A stretch of DNA of 64,000 bases from Octopus vulgaris (Eukaryota): NCBI GenBank assembly GCA_951406725.2, contig OX597831.1, positions 37,758,001-37,822,000 on the forward strand. The letters are read 5' to 3'. This document shows, in pieces, positions 41,370 to 55,739 of this stretch. The notes beneath the pieces were generated by a model. The model was not told the DNA's origin. It did not search any database and saw nothing but the letters and a program-made list of their open reading frames with translations. Both the position numbers and the translations under genes were made by a program. Numbering within the stretch: the first letter of the stretch is position 1; each line of letters opens with the position of its first letter.

Positions 41370-41570
41370 AAGTCATCGAGCGAATAGAATCGTCAGCGAA
41401 TCGGAGAAGAAGCTTTGCAGCTTCTCTTCCGATTGTTCATTTTCTGGAGTCAGATTTCAACGACGCCGACTTTTCCTTCCATTGTTTTTGGAACAATCTA
41501 ATATGCACTAATAGAACAACCGGCGTAGTTGTAATTCCCTTAAAACCGTTGGACTTTTGCCCAAATTATG
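41370..41570 (+). mobile_element. Decayed family B SINE
   Basis: agaatcgtcagc...ggagtcagatttcaacgacgccgacttttccttccatt. Confidence 0.55.
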
Positions 41571-43399
41571 AACCTTTATAGCGTTTTTTTTTGTGTGGTT
41601 GAATATTGCATATTAGTTACATATACCCGAGGAATGGAAAAATAGGAAATAACTCTAAAATCAGTAAAAACAACAAGGCGAAATGATGGAAAATAATCGA
41701 GAAATACACAGAAAAAGTGAAAATATATGTTTGTAGTTTTTATGAGTATTTGAAGAAAATTAGGTAAGCATCCATTTAATAAAGCTGTTTATTTGAACAT
41801 CTGTGTAGATTATCTACAGCAACACAGTAGGATGATTAATAGTACTGCATCTCAGATTTTGATAGGAACTTAGCCATACAGAACATCGAGTATAGAATAC
41901 GACATCAGTACTAAGAAAATCTCTTCACAGACACACACACACGTACACACACACACATGCACACACACTCTTATATATAATGGTTTATCATATATTTATC
42001 ATGCCACTCGATATCACAACAATATTGCATTTATTCATTTTATTATACACTTTCATTGCTATCAAACCAATGGAGCAGATGTTTAAGTGCATCTTACTCT
42101 TAATTATTATTGTTCATTCCAAAGTGAGTCGTGAATGAGCTCACCTATGTTAGTAATTATTATAACGATCTATTCGTTTAATTTGCCAATATAATATAAA
42201 TACAAGTAAATTAAATGGATTAATCCAGTTTGAAGTTGGTAATGCATGATTTCAGAAATAATTCGATGCTATTTTAAGCAAGTCAGACGACTGCGAAAAT
42301 AACAGTCGGTGAATTACAGTTATTTTCGAGGATATGAGGATTCGAGGATGTTTTGAAATTGTAGCAGTTTTTCTTTATATAGAGACACATGAATGACAGA
42401 TGTTCGATTCAAAGTCCTTTCGAAATCTGCTTCAGTGTATTGCAGCATTATAGAGCAGCAGTTGATTGTTATACATTGTACTCATTCATATGTGAAATTA
42501 CTTTGTCCTACACTGTTGCTATAGAACGAGGACTGTATCCACATACCATGTGTAAGCAATTCATATCGTCAGTATATCCGGAACAATGGGCAGGAGACCT
42601 AGGCAGTAGATCAAGTGCAATGACCTCCGATGATGTCCATAGTTTTAGTGGGAAAATGTAACGGCTTTTTATTCTGATAGGACATTATGGAAGTGCTATC
42701 TGGGTACTCTACTTCCACGACACTCCCAGGAATAATAAGTTGCGAAAATAGATTGAGGACTTGATAGAGTATAAATGGTCGAAGAAGTGATGTTTGGGAA
42801 CAATATGTATCAACCCTGCAGCTTATCTCATCATTACGTCTTAGAATTTCTTGTTATCAACATTATTATTATGAAAATTGTGTAAATCCTTTTTGGACAT
42901 AAATGACGTGAACAAATTATGTCATCAATTTATATGAGATCGATAATATTGCTTTCAACATATCCGCACCACAGACGTAGATATATTGCAGACATGGCCT
43001 GCGTAATATATATCAATATATACATTAATATATATTCTGCTCAATATATATCAATAAATGCATGAGTGATAACGATAATCAATATTACCTGATTAATTTA
43101 TGCCCCAAAAACATTTGTACAATTGAAAGCATAAACATAAATGTATAATTTACGTTATTAACGTATTTGTATAATTGATGTCATGAACACTTCTGAGCAA
43201 CTTTTACCATCAATCGCAGTAAAGTCGTTGTATTTTCGGCGCAGTGACATCAGATCGTATGTAATTACTTCATAGCAATATGCAGTAAGACCTAGTTGTT
43301 GATGATGATAATGACGACCTCGACGAAGGCGACGGCGATGATGATGATGATGGTGATGATGATGACGATGACGATGATGATGATGATTATGACGATGAC

Positions 43400-43447
<48 letters not shown>

Positions 43448-43595
43448 CGGAGGGAGGAAGGGGAACAGGAGGATAAGCGATACGGGTTGGGGGAGTAGAA
43501 CAAGGAGATGGAGGAGGAGAAATTTGATGATCACAACGAGGAAGGTGTTGACAAATGAATTTGATGATGATGACGATGACGATGATGATTATGAC

Positions 43596-43631
<36 letters not shown>

Positions 43632-43679
43632 AATGATGATGAATAAGACGGCGGTGATATTCATAATATGAGCGGCAAT

Positions 43680-44130
43680 TAGGGGAACAGAATCTGTACG
43701 GGAGCCCGCAAGACATAACATTCTCGATCTGAGATAAGAGACCTAAGGTTTTTGTCGACTGATTCAACTACATCCTCTCGTTGTTTGGTTTCTTAGCGAT
43801 ATGCATTTGGTTAGCAAACATTCGACCGAAAACATTTCTCTTCGGATCTTCGGACAATTACCTGTGTTTATGGAACTCCACATGTCACACTTGGCTTCCA
43901 TCGAGTGCAGTCTGTTACATCACAAGATTGCGATACGTGATGATGGAGATAGCCCTGACACACACACATTCTCTGTGGACAATGGTTTGGTTTGGTTTCT
44001 CACGCTCTCCCTCCTAAGCATCAACCTCAACCACCAACGGTTTTGAGTATGGCTGTCAATTCCATTACTATGAAAACGGCTACTGGTTCTACGTGGTAAA
44101 GTTAACCGCATTAGTAAGATCTAAGGTTTT
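43680..44130 (+). pseudogene. Decayed RTE LINE reverse-transcriptase fragment
   Basis: IAIRDDGDSPDTHTFSVDNGLV...LSLLSIN resembles ARVLDDGxxSxxFxVxNGVKQGCVLAPTLF. Confidence 0.5.
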
Positions 44131-44234
44131 CTGCAGCAGAATGACTTTACTTTCGCAAAGGCGTCAACAAGCCTTTCGTTTTTACTAGCTATTTCATATC
44201 TAAGCTCATTTAGCGATAGTTCACCCTTTTGGTT

Positions 44235-44436
44235 TTTTACTTTTTCACTGCGTCCATGCTGGAGCACCGCCTTTAATTGAGAAATACGACCCCAGAACAT
44301 ATTCTCTGTAAGCCTAGTACTTATTTTATAGGCCTCTTTTGCCGAACTACGAACTTACGGTGTCGTAAAGACAGCAGCTTCGGTTGTCAAGCGATATTGG
44401 GTGGGGGAACAAACACAGACACACAAACATATACAG

Positions 44437-44507
<71 letters not shown>

Positions 44508-44670
44508 CGAAGGGCTTCTTTCAGTTTCCGTCTACCAAATCCACTCACAAGGCTTTGGTCGGCTCGAAGCTATAGTAGAAAACACTTGCCCAAGCTGTCA
44601 CACAGTGAGACTGGACCGGGAGCCATGTGGTTGATAAGCAAGCTACTTACCACACAGCCACTGCAATGCC
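44235..44670 (-). mobile_element. Family A SINE
   Basis: Reverse complement of the 18296-type element; ends caagctacttaccacacagccact. Confidence 0.9.
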
Positions 44671-45040
44671 TTTCCAGACAGCCACTCCTTCTCTGATTTT
44701 TCCCCATCATAAAAGGATATGTGTACTACTATGTGAATGTTATTCATGGTCATTAGATTATAACTGTCGCATCGGTCGTTACCACTTGTTTTGGCCGAGA
44801 GGACATTTAAATACATGAATCACCCCAAGCTATGAGAATTATGAATGTCTTTGTATTTTTTTGTAGAAAGGTTTTTCATGAGTTTTATTTTTGCATGTGT
44901 AACAGATGTGCTGCTTTTCTATAGTGCTAAAGGTTAAGATCTTTATCTCAACGTCTTCTATAGATCACGGTTGTGATTGTCTCTGGTCTTCCTACGTCAG
45001 AAGTCTCCCAATATAATAATGAGCGTGGTGTTTTTATATA

Positions 45041-45135
<95 letters not shown>

Positions 45136-45720
45136 ATATATATATTTGTCCAGAATTACGCCGGAAGCGGAGGAGGAGAGAAAATATTAATTAGTGAAGG
45201 AGAAGTAGTGATTGCTCTGACTCAAAGGGAGTAAGGGAGTGAGAGAAAGTAATAGTAATGAGAGAAAGGAATGGGTGGTAGGTGAGTAAGGAAGGAAAGG
45301 GTGAAAAAAACTGAGCGCTTCAACTCTGTGTGAGTATATGTGTGTATGTGTGTGCATGTACAAGAGAAATATGTGAATATTTGTATGCATGATTATTATG
45401 TGCCTTATTTTGTACCTTATTTATATATAAAGTACTACAAGTAGCCGTCATTATTGACGACACATTGTCAGCTAGTAACTGTATATCCATGATTATTACA
45501 CGTGGCCACGTATAATCGAATGTTACACCCGTTCCCTGTTCCTACAACGTTTGACAGATAAAGTCAAAACTAACCAAACGTTAGGCATCGTTACACATGA
45601 ATCCGTGCGTGACGCTTGTGGAGCTTCTTCCCAAATACTGTGGATACATCTTAAAAGCAGATACCGTGCGTTCTGTTTGCGCTTGCACGTCCGCCCCATT
45701 TTAAGTTTAAATAATGAAAC

Positions 45721-46109
45721 TTGGATGGATGGAAGCACTCCGTCGGTTACGACGATGAGGGTTCCGGCTGATCCGAATCAACGGAACAGCCTGCTCGTGG
45801 AATTAAAGTGTAAGTGGCTGAGCACTCCACAGACACGTGTACCCTTAACGTAGTTCTCGCGGATATTCAGCGTGACACAGAGAGTGACAAGGCCGGCCCC
45901 TTGAAATACAGGTACAACAGAAACAGGAAGTAAGAGTGAGAGAAAGTTGTGGTGAAAGAGTACAGCAGGGATCACCACCATCCCCTGCCGGAGCCTCGTG
46001 GAGCTTTTAGGTGTTTTCGCTCAATAAACACTCACAACGCCCGGTGAATCGAAACCGCGATCCTATGACCGCGAGGCCGCTGCCCTAACCACTGGGCCAT
46101 TGCGCCCCA
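45721..46109 (-). mobile_element. Family C SINE with a Nin/Deu-like 3' module, (TCCA)n tail and 12-bp TSD
   Basis: Head ggcgcaatggcccagtggttagggcagcgg; AAATAATGAAAC at 45709-45720 and 46110-46121. Confidence 0.9.
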
Positions 46110-46805
46110 AAATAATGAAACATATAGTGACATATCTTATTTCTATCTCAATGAAAATTATTTCACTTGAAGTACTTCAGGAGACGCCTCTACTACGTTT
46201 AAGAATAGGACCAGAAAACAGGTATGCAAATTTTCTTTAGTCTGTATTTAATTGTAGAAATCTGGCTCCAGGTCTGTGTAAGATATGTTGCCAAAGATTT
46301 GATCTCTCTGGAAAATGTTTCACATCGAGTTGGACAAAACGCTAGCAAAAGACAGTTTACGGTATACGTATTTACACTCGAAGCTAATATGCATGCATAC
46401 TATTGTTGTTGCCTGTTGTTGTTACTGACAGCATTTCCTCTCGGTGGAATTAAAATGTCTGCTATCTCACTGTTCGTGCATGATGTTACTAATTTGCGTT
46501 GCAATTTAATTAGCATTCTGGTTTTTGTTCGATTTCTGCGTGCGACATGTAATATTTTCCACATCTTCAGTTTCCTTTTTGTGGGCGAGGCATGAACAGC
46601 TTATGGCAATATTCTATCTGTCTTGCGAGAGAAGGAAATGCAATTTTGTCTGGAGATAATACAGAAAATGTTTTTCTTTTTGTTGTTTTTTTTTGTCTCT
46701 AACTTCAAACTGTATGAGGTTACGTATGAGAATATTTGGTAATGTTTCGATTTAGTAATGCACTTTTAAATATGGCCTGATTTTTCACTAGTGAATAATA
46801 ATGAA

Positions 46806-46861
<56 letters not shown>

Positions 46862-46887
46862 AAATAATAATAATAATAATAATAATA

Positions 46888-47035
46888 CTTGATATGAGAT
46901 CACCATGTCGCGCACATATGGTTGTGATGCATGTGCCTGGTGTACCCTTATCAGACGGGTAGTCATGATGGGTATACTGGGCTTCGTATATTTTACTCCA
47001 GTGTCACTTTGATGGCATGCACTGCTCTCTCACTC

Positions 47036-47036
<1 letters not shown>
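46888..47036 (+). mobile_element. About 150-bp insert embedded in (TAA)n, probably a LINE 3'UTR stub
   Basis: Unique sequence with (TAA)n on both sides, in the same arrangement as the Dong-like copies. Confidence 0.45.
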
Positions 47037-47093
<57 letters not shown>

Positions 47094-47114
47094 TATAAAT
47101 AAATAATAATAATA

Positions 47115-47390
47115 AGCCAAAGGTAAATGTCGACATAACTTGAAGGAACCATAGTTGAAAAGGAGAATAACGGAGTCTATTAACGAGACCAGGAAACATT
47201 ATTAATATTCTGGAACAGAAGAAATAAATGAAATGAAGTTCAGCGAGAGAAAGCGAAGAGAAGAATTATATGGTGAAGAGAAAAGGAATCAATGTTGTGA
47301 TTCAGAAATTTAAACAGAGGTTGGAAGCTTAAGCACATAAACTAAAGAGATATGAATAGAGAATTGAGCAGTACAGATTAAACAAACTTA
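47115..47390 (+). pseudogene. R4/Dong-like ORF fragment (region before the RT)
   Basis: KRKGINVVIQKFKQRLEAxAHKLKRYExRIEQYRLNKL; TAA tracts on both sides. Confidence 0.6.
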
Positions 47391-47414
47391 ATAATAATAA
47401 TAATTATTATTATT

Positions 47415-47855
47415 CCACCCTTTCTTCTGGACAACATACAGCATATCGGGGACACTCTTAAGTTGGACGGCTCCGTGTAATGTCAGCATTTTTCTCGTCT
47501 TGGTATCCAAGATACCTTCCACTCCATACTGAAGTGATGCTATCGTACACGTATTGACTGCTTGGATTTTATTCTATCCGGTCAATTTTGAGGGCAACAT
47601 TACCCTTAGTCTTTGGAAATATACCATCCTCAGTTGCTCTTTCATTTCTTTCCCCATTATTATTTTTTTCTTCTCAGAACTTTCGGTCTTGTTTCCTTTG
47701 TTAGATTCTGCGAGAGCGGACAGAAGACTGCTATGAGAGGTCTCACAGTAACTCTTCCCACACATTATAAGCTTTGATACTTGCTTGTTAATTATCGTGG
47801 GAGACATTCAACATCCAAGTATCAATCTCAAAATCCTAGCTGTTCCCTATAGAAC
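47415..47855 (-). mobile_element. R4/Dong-like LINE extreme 3' end plus 3'UTR (further family)
   Basis: Minus strand TVLxGTARILRLILGC* then about 400 bp of UTR ending ggaataataataa. Confidence 0.6.
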
Positions 47856-47859
47856 AGTT

Positions 47860-48065
47860 GACAAGCTGCCAGAATCGTTAGCACGGCAGCAAAGCACTTA
47901 GCAGCATTTCGTCCGTTACATTCTGTGTTCGAATTCTGCTACGGTCGACTTTACCGTTCAACCCATCGGGGTCAATAAAATTATTACTACTGAAAGACTT
48001 GAGTCGATGTCATCGACTAGTCTCCTCCCACAAAGTTTCAGGCCTTGTGCCTATAGCAAAAATGC
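47860..48065 (+). mobile_element. Family B SINE
   Basis: cagaatcgttagcacgg...ggtcgacttta...cggggtcaataaa...ggccttgtgcctatag. Confidence 0.8.
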
Positions 48066-48100
<35 letters not shown>

Positions 48101-48103
<3 letters not shown>

Positions 48104-48701
48104 TAGTTTTATTTTTATTTTTATAGCGTGCTTTCACTTCACTACCGAGCGCAGCTCTGTGTGCCTTGGGTATGTGCTGTGATTTGTTGTGATGCTCTGA
48201 TGGTTATTGTATGGAAAGTGTTCTGCGTAGGATGTGTGCAGTGCCTAGTAGTGCAATTTTCTGTATGTTATATGTGTTTGTAAGTCCTGGTGTTTTTGTT
48301 ATGTATTTGTCTGAATATTTTTTTATCATGCCTAATGCACCTACTATGATAGGAATTGTTTCTGTTTTCAGATTCCACATTCTAGTTACCTCTATTTCCA
48401 GGTCTTTGTATTTTGAGAGTTTCTCCATTTCTTTTAGAGACACGTTGTCATCTGCCGGTACTGATACATCAATTAGAAAGCATTTTTTTTCTTCATGGTC
48501 TCTGACAACTATATCTGGTCTGTTGGCCTTAATTTCTCTATCTGTGTGTATCGGCATATCCCAGAGTATGGTTGCTTTCTCGTTTTCTGAGACCTTTTCT
48601 GGTGTGTGCCTATACCATCTTTTTTCTGTTGTTATTCCATAATGTTGGCATAGCTTCCAATGTATGTAAGTTCCAACTCTGTCATGTCTGTGAATATATT
48701 C
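48101..48701 (-). mobile_element. R4/Dong-like LINE 3' end with an open RLE endonuclease segment (48204-48557)
   Basis: ILWDMPIHTDREIKANRPDIVVRDHEEKKCFLIDVSVP...KYKDLEIEV...LLGTAHILRRTL; same 3'UTR as 12365-12466; (TAA)n tail. Confidence 0.93.
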
Positions 48702-48707
48702 CTTCTT

Positions 48708-48815
<108 letters not shown>

Positions 48816-49458
48816 TCAGTGGCTGCGGTAGGAGTGATTGACAAAGCATCTATTCTCCTTCCAGCATGACATCTGCATTTTTACTCGAATGAAATTTGCC
48901 TCCCTTCCGTCCGATATGAAAATTTCTTAGTTAATTGTAATTAACTAAGATTAGTCGGTTCATTCATCTATACCATTTATTATATTCAGTTTGGCCTACT
49001 TAAAGGAAATATTTATAAAGAATTTTGTGATGAAAAATAGTTCTTTATATTAACTTGTCCCACATTTCTCACAATAACATCTGCTATATCTCTTTCAATG
49101 ATTTCTCTCTAAATATACTCATGTCTACATCAGGATCAAATGGCCTATTGCAAGTGAAAATAGAATTTTCTTTAAATGGAAATACTACACACAGACGTAC
49201 ACTCACACACAGACGCACACACATACAAGCATACACACTCACCTTCGTACATGATATATATATATATAACTACGCATGTATTAATACATCTATACATCTA
49301 TAAGTATGCATGCATATACATATATGTACGTATATATGCATATATATATATACACGTATATATATATATATATACATACATCTACGTAGATACATACAAA
49401 CACACAATCACACACGTATAAGTGTATGCATACGTACATACACATACATACATATATG

Positions 49459-49524
<66 letters not shown>

Positions 49525-50119
49525 TGAAAATATGTGTATGTTCATGTGTGTGAGTGTGTGTGTGTGTGCGCGCGCGTGTATTCGTATGCTGAAAGTCTGG
49601 CTTGTCAATTACATTCAAAGGAAGAGAATAATGTGTCGAAGAAAACGTGTGAAGTATTAAGAAAACCATGAAACGAATTTAGATATAATTTTCTGTCTTT
49701 AACACGAAGGGTCATTCCTAAAATACCAGATTCCGTTTCTCTCTCACAGCGGCCGAATTTTTGCAGCGTCAGTCACATTATCGTATTATTTAAAGCAAGC
49801 TGAATGTCACAGTAGTAGCATTGCTGCCTGTCTGATGTATGTTTGTGTCTTGAATTATGCTTTGTTGTGAAATAATTCCTACAAGGTCACAGAAAATAGT
49901 TTACTCCATTTAAAATCTGATTACTGGTTCTGGGAGGAAGTTTCTAGCTCGTCCTGCTAAAAAAAATACAAGCCGAATTTCTCTTCTTTTATGACATCCT
50001 TCTAATTTCATAAGGGAAGGACGGTATTGGGCAACTGATGTCTAATTCAAAAGTACTTGGAACTAACGATTGGAACGCCTTTAAACACAGGTACGATTAT
50101 TCAGAAGTGACATGGTGTT

Positions 50120-50562
50120 AAAGAAGAAGAAGAAGAAGAAGAAGAAGAAGAAGAAAGAGATTAGGGAGAGGAGTAAAAGAAGACGAAGGAAAAGAAAACG
50201 AAGAAGAATAAGAAGAACAAGAAGAAGAACAACAACAACAAGAAAGAGAAGAGATAGAGGAGAAAAAGAAGACGAAGAAGAAGAAGAAGAAGAAAGAGAA
50301 GAGTGAGAGGAGTAAAAGAAGACGAAGGAAATGAAAACGGAGAAGAAGAAGAACAAGATGAAGAAGAACAACAAGAAGAAATAGAAGAGATAGAGGAGAA
50401 AAAGAAGACGAAGAAAAAGAAGACGAAGAAAAAGAAGACGAAGGAGAAGAAGAAGAAAAAGAAAAAGGAGGAGAAGAAGAAGAAGAAGAAGAAGAAGAAG
50501 AAGAAGAGGAAGAAAAAAGGAGAAGAAGAAGAAGAAGAAGAAGAAGAAAAGAAGAAGAAGAA
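50120..50562. repeat. (GAA)-rich polypurine tract containing a ~140-bp tandem duplication
   Basis: gagaggagtaaaagaagacgaaggaaa at about 50166 and 50305. Confidence 0.9.
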
Positions 50563-51120
50563 GTAGATGAAGAATCATCACAACAGCAACAGCAACAACA
50601 ACTGCAACAAAATCATCACCAAATGCTACTACATCATAAAGCATGATATCGTTAAATATGTGAATATCCTCCAATCAAATATCCTGTGTTGTTATTGAAT
50701 GTTTAAATGAAGAAAAGCATCTTATATTAGAAGAAATATCTCATACATATCTCATATCTTCGACTTTTTGTTATAGAGTACAATACTCCTATCAATACAT
50801 AAAGCTTTTAGCGTTGTTGTTATTGTTATTGTTCAATATTATGAGATATATATTTGAATGGATTTCAGCTACACCCACTCTCTGTGTTGTCGCATTTTAA
50901 GTCAGACATTTAAGTAAGATTCAGCTACCATTTCTAGTATGTCGACCTACTGCACAAAGGCTCACCGTTTGACGGAGAAATTTCATTTAGAAGATGAAAT
51001 TATATGCGTCTATTCATCACTATTTCTCCTCTGTGAAAGGCTCGTTTATTAATAGACGGAAATATATAATTACATGATTATCTTTTAATGGGGAATTTTT
51101 AATATATTAGATAGTAAAGA

Positions 51121-51439
51121 GTGGAGGCCCAATGCCCCAGTGGTTAGGACAGTGGACTCGCGGTCGAAAGATCGAGGTTTCGATTCCCAGACCGGGCGTT
51201 GTGTGTGTTTATTGAGCGAAAACACCCAAAGCTCCACAAAGCCTCGGCAGGGGATGGTGGCGACGCCTGTTGTACTCTTTCGCCCCAATTTTCTCTCACT
51301 CTCTCTTCCTATTTCTTGAGTGACGCTGCGATGGACTGGCGTCCCGTCCAGCAGGTGGGGGCACATACGCCATAGAAACCGGGAAACCGGGTCCATGAGC
51401 CTGGCTAAGCTTGAAAAGGGCGCATAAAAATTTTAAAAT
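51121..51439 (+). mobile_element. Family C SINE with a V-like domain and 9-bp TSD
   Basis: tRNA-like head; ctgcgatggactggcgtcccgtccag; TAGTAAAGA at 51112-51120 and 51440-51448. Confidence 0.9.
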
Positions 51440-52091
51440 TAGTAAAGAAGACGAGTATATAGTGAATAAAAACCAGCAGATGATGAACAGTCTACAATTA
51501 CTGATAATAACGAAGAGGGGGATCAAAGAAGAGCAGCACTCAAATTGTTAATTATGAAGGTGTAATTCAATAACTATAGTTACAGAATTGGGCAATATAT
51601 ATTAATTATCCCCTGCTTCTGCCGACTTGATGCGGAATAATCAATGTAAAGTTCAAGCACTAAATTTCAATTTCAGTGGTGTATACATAAATATAAGTTA
51701 AGAATTCGTTCTAATACATCTCATCTGTTCCTTCTCAATATCTATAGCGTTGACCTAAGGTGGGTTGATTGGTACAATCAGTAGTGTATCGGTAAGTTAG
51801 CCTTGTATTTTTTTTCCATCTGGTTTTCGTGTTCTGAGTTCATGTGGTTTCTGTTCATTATTCGCGTTTCGATTAAATAAAGATCAAATTGACAACTGAA
51901 CGGCCGTAATTGGTAGGTTCCTCCCTTACAATATCTGGCCCTCATCAAGGAAACGTGGAATGGGAGGATGGAAAAAAGGAAGGACGGAGAGGTGATGAAG
52001 GAAAAAAAGGTTAGATGAACAAATCTAAAAACTGGGGTCGATATTGCGACAAATTTTCTTCAAGACCATGTCCCAGCCTGACGGGACATGT

Positions 52092-52294
52092 TCTTTTATT
52101 CTTTTATTCTTTTATTCTTTTATTTGTTTCAGTCATTCGACTGCGGCCATGCTGGAGCACCAACTTTAGCCGAGCAAATCGACCCCAGGACTTATTCTTT
52201 GTAAGCCTAGTACTTATTCTATCGGGTCCCTTTTTCCGACTCGCACCAGCATCGGTTGTCAAGCGATGTTGGGGGAACAAACACAGACACACAA

Positions 52295-52371
<77 letters not shown>

Positions 52372-52508
52372 GGGCTTCATTCATTTTCCGTCTTCCACAT
52401 CCACTCACAAAGCTTTAGTCGGCCTGAGGCTATAGTAGAAGACACTTGCCAAATGTGCAACGCAGTGGAACTGAACCCGGAACCATATGGTTGGTAATCA
52501 AGCTACTT
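52092..52508 (-). mobile_element. Family A SINE
   Basis: Reverse complement of family A, with a (GAATAAAA)n tail. Confidence 0.9.
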
Positions 52509-52699
52509 TATTTCATTTTATTAGCCATAAAGGCAGTATACGGAGTAGCTGCGGGTCGGACAAACGAACTTGGAGATGAGACTGACAATTTCTCTGAGCA
52601 TCCAACTGCTCATTCAATGGAGATCATGGAAAAGTGCCACAAACTCAGAGACAGACCAGACTTCTTCTACCCAAGACCAAACCGCCTGTACTAGAGTAT

Positions 52700-53174
52700 T
52701 GACCGGACAAAGCTAAACAATCATGGAGGAGGTAGCGCTGCCCTGGCCAAAGAGAGGAGCTGCTAGTAACAGGAATTTGCACCATGCCTTACAAGCAGGT
52801 GCGCCCAGTTATAGCTATTAGAAAATTTCTGCGATCACATCACCCCTAACATCTGGACACCTAACTCCTCAGACTGCAACCACCTTGATTATTATATGTA
52901 GACGCAGTTGTACAAACGGCCAACAAAGCTTGTAACACTAAAGACGAAATAACGGTAAGTATTATCGCAGTATTCACCAGCTTAAACAGTGAGACAGTTC
53001 TAAAGAATTGCAGGAGATTCGGAAGTCGTCTGGACACCGTGGTTTAATCCAATGGCGATTTTATTGAATAAATCTAGTCTTTAGTATTTATGTAATTTTG
53101 TTAAATGTGTGTTAAAATGAGATGCCAGTTTTATTTTCTTTTGTGTGTCATTTAGATGACACTTTATTCACCGC

Positions 53175-53178
<4 letters not shown>
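52700..53178 (+). mobile_element. Tc1/mariner superfamily (maT/DD37D-like) 3' fragment
   Basis: QEFAPC...LENFCDHITPNIWTPNSSDCNHLDYY (cf. WPPNSPDLNPLDY), CRRFGSRLDTVV; terminus ccgctctg|TA. Confidence 0.75.
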
Positions 53179-53216
<38 letters not shown>

Positions 53217-53221
<5 letters not shown>

Positions 53222-53367
53222 AAATACGAAGTGGGACAAGAACGTAAAACATTTAGAAGACGATACAAAAAACACGGACGGGACATTCGAAGCCTTCAAT
53301 CTTCAGTCAAGAACCGGATCATCGTACCAATTTCGGCTGATTAATCTTGAGATCGCTCCGATCCGGC
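53217..53367 (-). mobile_element. Short repeat next to (TA)n; same family as about 61780-62070
   Basis: Reverse complement matches ctcaagattaatcagccgaaatt...gatccggttcttgactgaaga at about 61932-61984. Confidence 0.7.
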
Positions 53368-53714
53368 ATGTGTGTGTGTGTACTTAAGTATGTATATGTG
53401 TGTGTATGCATGGATAAAGGCGTATGTATATATTGTTATGAATTCCCCTGGCGTATATATATTGTTACGGAATCGCATAACATCGTGAGATGAATTATTT
53501 TGCTCAAGATAACAATACATCGCACTGCGTAAAAGCAAAGGGATAAATAAAAGAGATTATAGTTTTGAATATACTTTCCGCATATCATTGAAGTATGTAA
53601 ATATGAGCGAAAAAGAAATGAAAAGCAAACCGGAGGTTTTAGAACAAACATCTGTTGTGATATTTGTTCTGCAGCAAGTCCTAACATCTCCCTTGTCCCT
53701 CACGGCGTTAGAAT

Positions 53715-54283
53715 ATTCTTCTCTACTCTAGGCACAAGGCCCGAAGTTTTTGGGGAAAGGACATTCGATTAGATCGACCTCATCATGCAACTTAATTCAT
53801 CGAGCCTGAAGGGATGAAATTTGAAGTCAACCTCGGCGGAATTTGAACTGAAAACGTAAAGACAGATGAAATACCTGTTTCTTTACTACCCACAAGGAGC
53901 TAAACACAGAGGAGACAAACAAGGATAGACAAACGGATTAAGTCGATTACATCGGCCCCAGTGCGTAACTAATACTTAATTTATCGACCTCGGCGGAATT
54001 TGAACTCAGAACGCAACGGCAGACAAAATACGGCTACGCATTTCGCCCAGCGTTCTAACGTTTCTGCTTTCTTTATTTCACACAAGGGGCTAAACATAGA
54101 GGGGCAAACAAGGACAGAGAAAGGGATTAAGTCGATTATATCGACGCCAGTGCGTAACTGGTACTTATTTAATCAACCCCAAAAGGATGAAAGACTAAGT
54201 CAACCTCGGCGGAATTTGAACTCAAAACGTAAAAATAGACAAAATTTCGCACGGCGTGCTAACGTTTCTGCCAGCTCGCCGAC
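53715..54283 (-). mobile_element. Tandem/multimeric family B SINE
   Basis: cctcggcggaatttgaact occurs three times; two heads. Confidence 0.85.
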
Positions 54284-54468
54284 TTGACGGTGTCGGTATA
54301 TTAGAAACAGATTTATAGACATGTTGTACAAGGACACCATTGTTATTTACTTGTAATATATTATAAAAGTGACGTATGTAAATATATATTTGACTAAAGT
54401 GATGCTTCTTCATAGTTCTCTCGTTAAGCAAACCTATGAATTATACTACATCGATCTAAAGTTATGTA

Positions 54469-55034
54469 TTGGGTTGTCCGGAAAGTTCGTGCCGATATTT
54501 AAAGGAAAGAAAAAGGTCAATAAATACTTGCCATTACATTTTTAATCAACCAAATATGAACCATTTTTTTGCACAATGCGTCTCCATCTCTCCTTTAACT
54601 TGAAAATACCCTCTTCCCAGAATTGAGGTTGTTTCATAGTAAAGGATTCATCAAGGTATCTTTTTACGTCGTCCAAGGGATTGAAAGTTTTACAATTAAG
54701 ACTATTCTGCAGAGATCTGAATAAGTGGAAATACGAAGGAGCAATATCTGGTGAATATGGAAGGTGGGGTAACACATCCCAGCCGAGCTGCAGCAACTTT
54801 TGTCTGGTTCCCAAAGCATCAAGTCCCGAAAATGAACTTTCTGATCTTCCATTGTAAAGGGTTACAGAATTAACACAGGTTATAGGAACATAAATCTTCT
54901 TTCATGAATAGATAGCTCAAACTGTGCTCTAAATGGAGGCATAGTCAAATCATATTTTATGGACTTAACAATGTTGTAAAATAAGTCGAAAGCTAAGCTA
55001 CTAAAAATCGGCACGAACTTTCCGGAAAACCCAA
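54469..55034 (-). mobile_element. Complete non-autonomous mariner (566 bp, internal deletion)
   Basis: 32-bp TIRs with 2 mismatches, TA on both sides; MEDQKVHFR joined to TRQKLLQLGWDVLPHLPYSPDIAPSYFHLFRSLQN...NGSYLVD. Confidence 0.95.
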
Positions 55035-55739
55035 TATTTAACGTCCTTCTAATTGAGGAATTATAATAGAAATCCTTAGCAATTGAGCTACTATGTATAA
55101 ATGTATAGAGTTTCTGAAACGTAAAGTAGATAATTAAGATCACTCTATAAAGCAATGGGAAAATATTTGCTAATGTGTTGGAAATATATTTTTGTAAAAT
55201 TGAATAATCGTGAGATGATTTAAATCATTATTTGATAATTTAATTTGAATAATGAATATTTTCGTTTTCTCTTTCTGAATTCAACAAGTATTAGCAAAAA
55301 TTATAAAGTTTATTTATTTGAAAACATTCAGAATTTACTCTCGATAATGTAGATTAATGGTTTTGAATTAAAATTAATCAAACAATTCAACTAACTCCGT
55401 TTAGATAAATATTGAAGGAACTCAATTAATTATTTCCTTTATATTAATTTTCTTAAATTAAATCATAGAAACACAGCAGTCGTCAGGTCAACATGCTAGT
55501 CTATTAGGAATGCAAGACGTTGAGTTTACATTCCAGCTCAACTTCCCATGTGTAAAACAAATTAATCTAGCTGTGAATACGCTCTTATTCCAAAGTAACA
55601 ACATATGCCGTTGTTTAAGGCGTATATTACGTTGAGGCTTTTAACCTATTAGGTTATTGACGCAACACCTAAGAGTTTGTCTTCGTGTAATGTATCTGTT
55701 CAAGTAGTTTCTCTTTGAAAGCCATATCCAGGGAAGAAA

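Noticed and set aside
51121-51195. tRNA-like sequences at SINE heads (also near 46040-46108, 57972 and 31650-31721)
   Set aside because: They continue into SINE bodies bounded by TSDs and are not stand-alone tRNA genes
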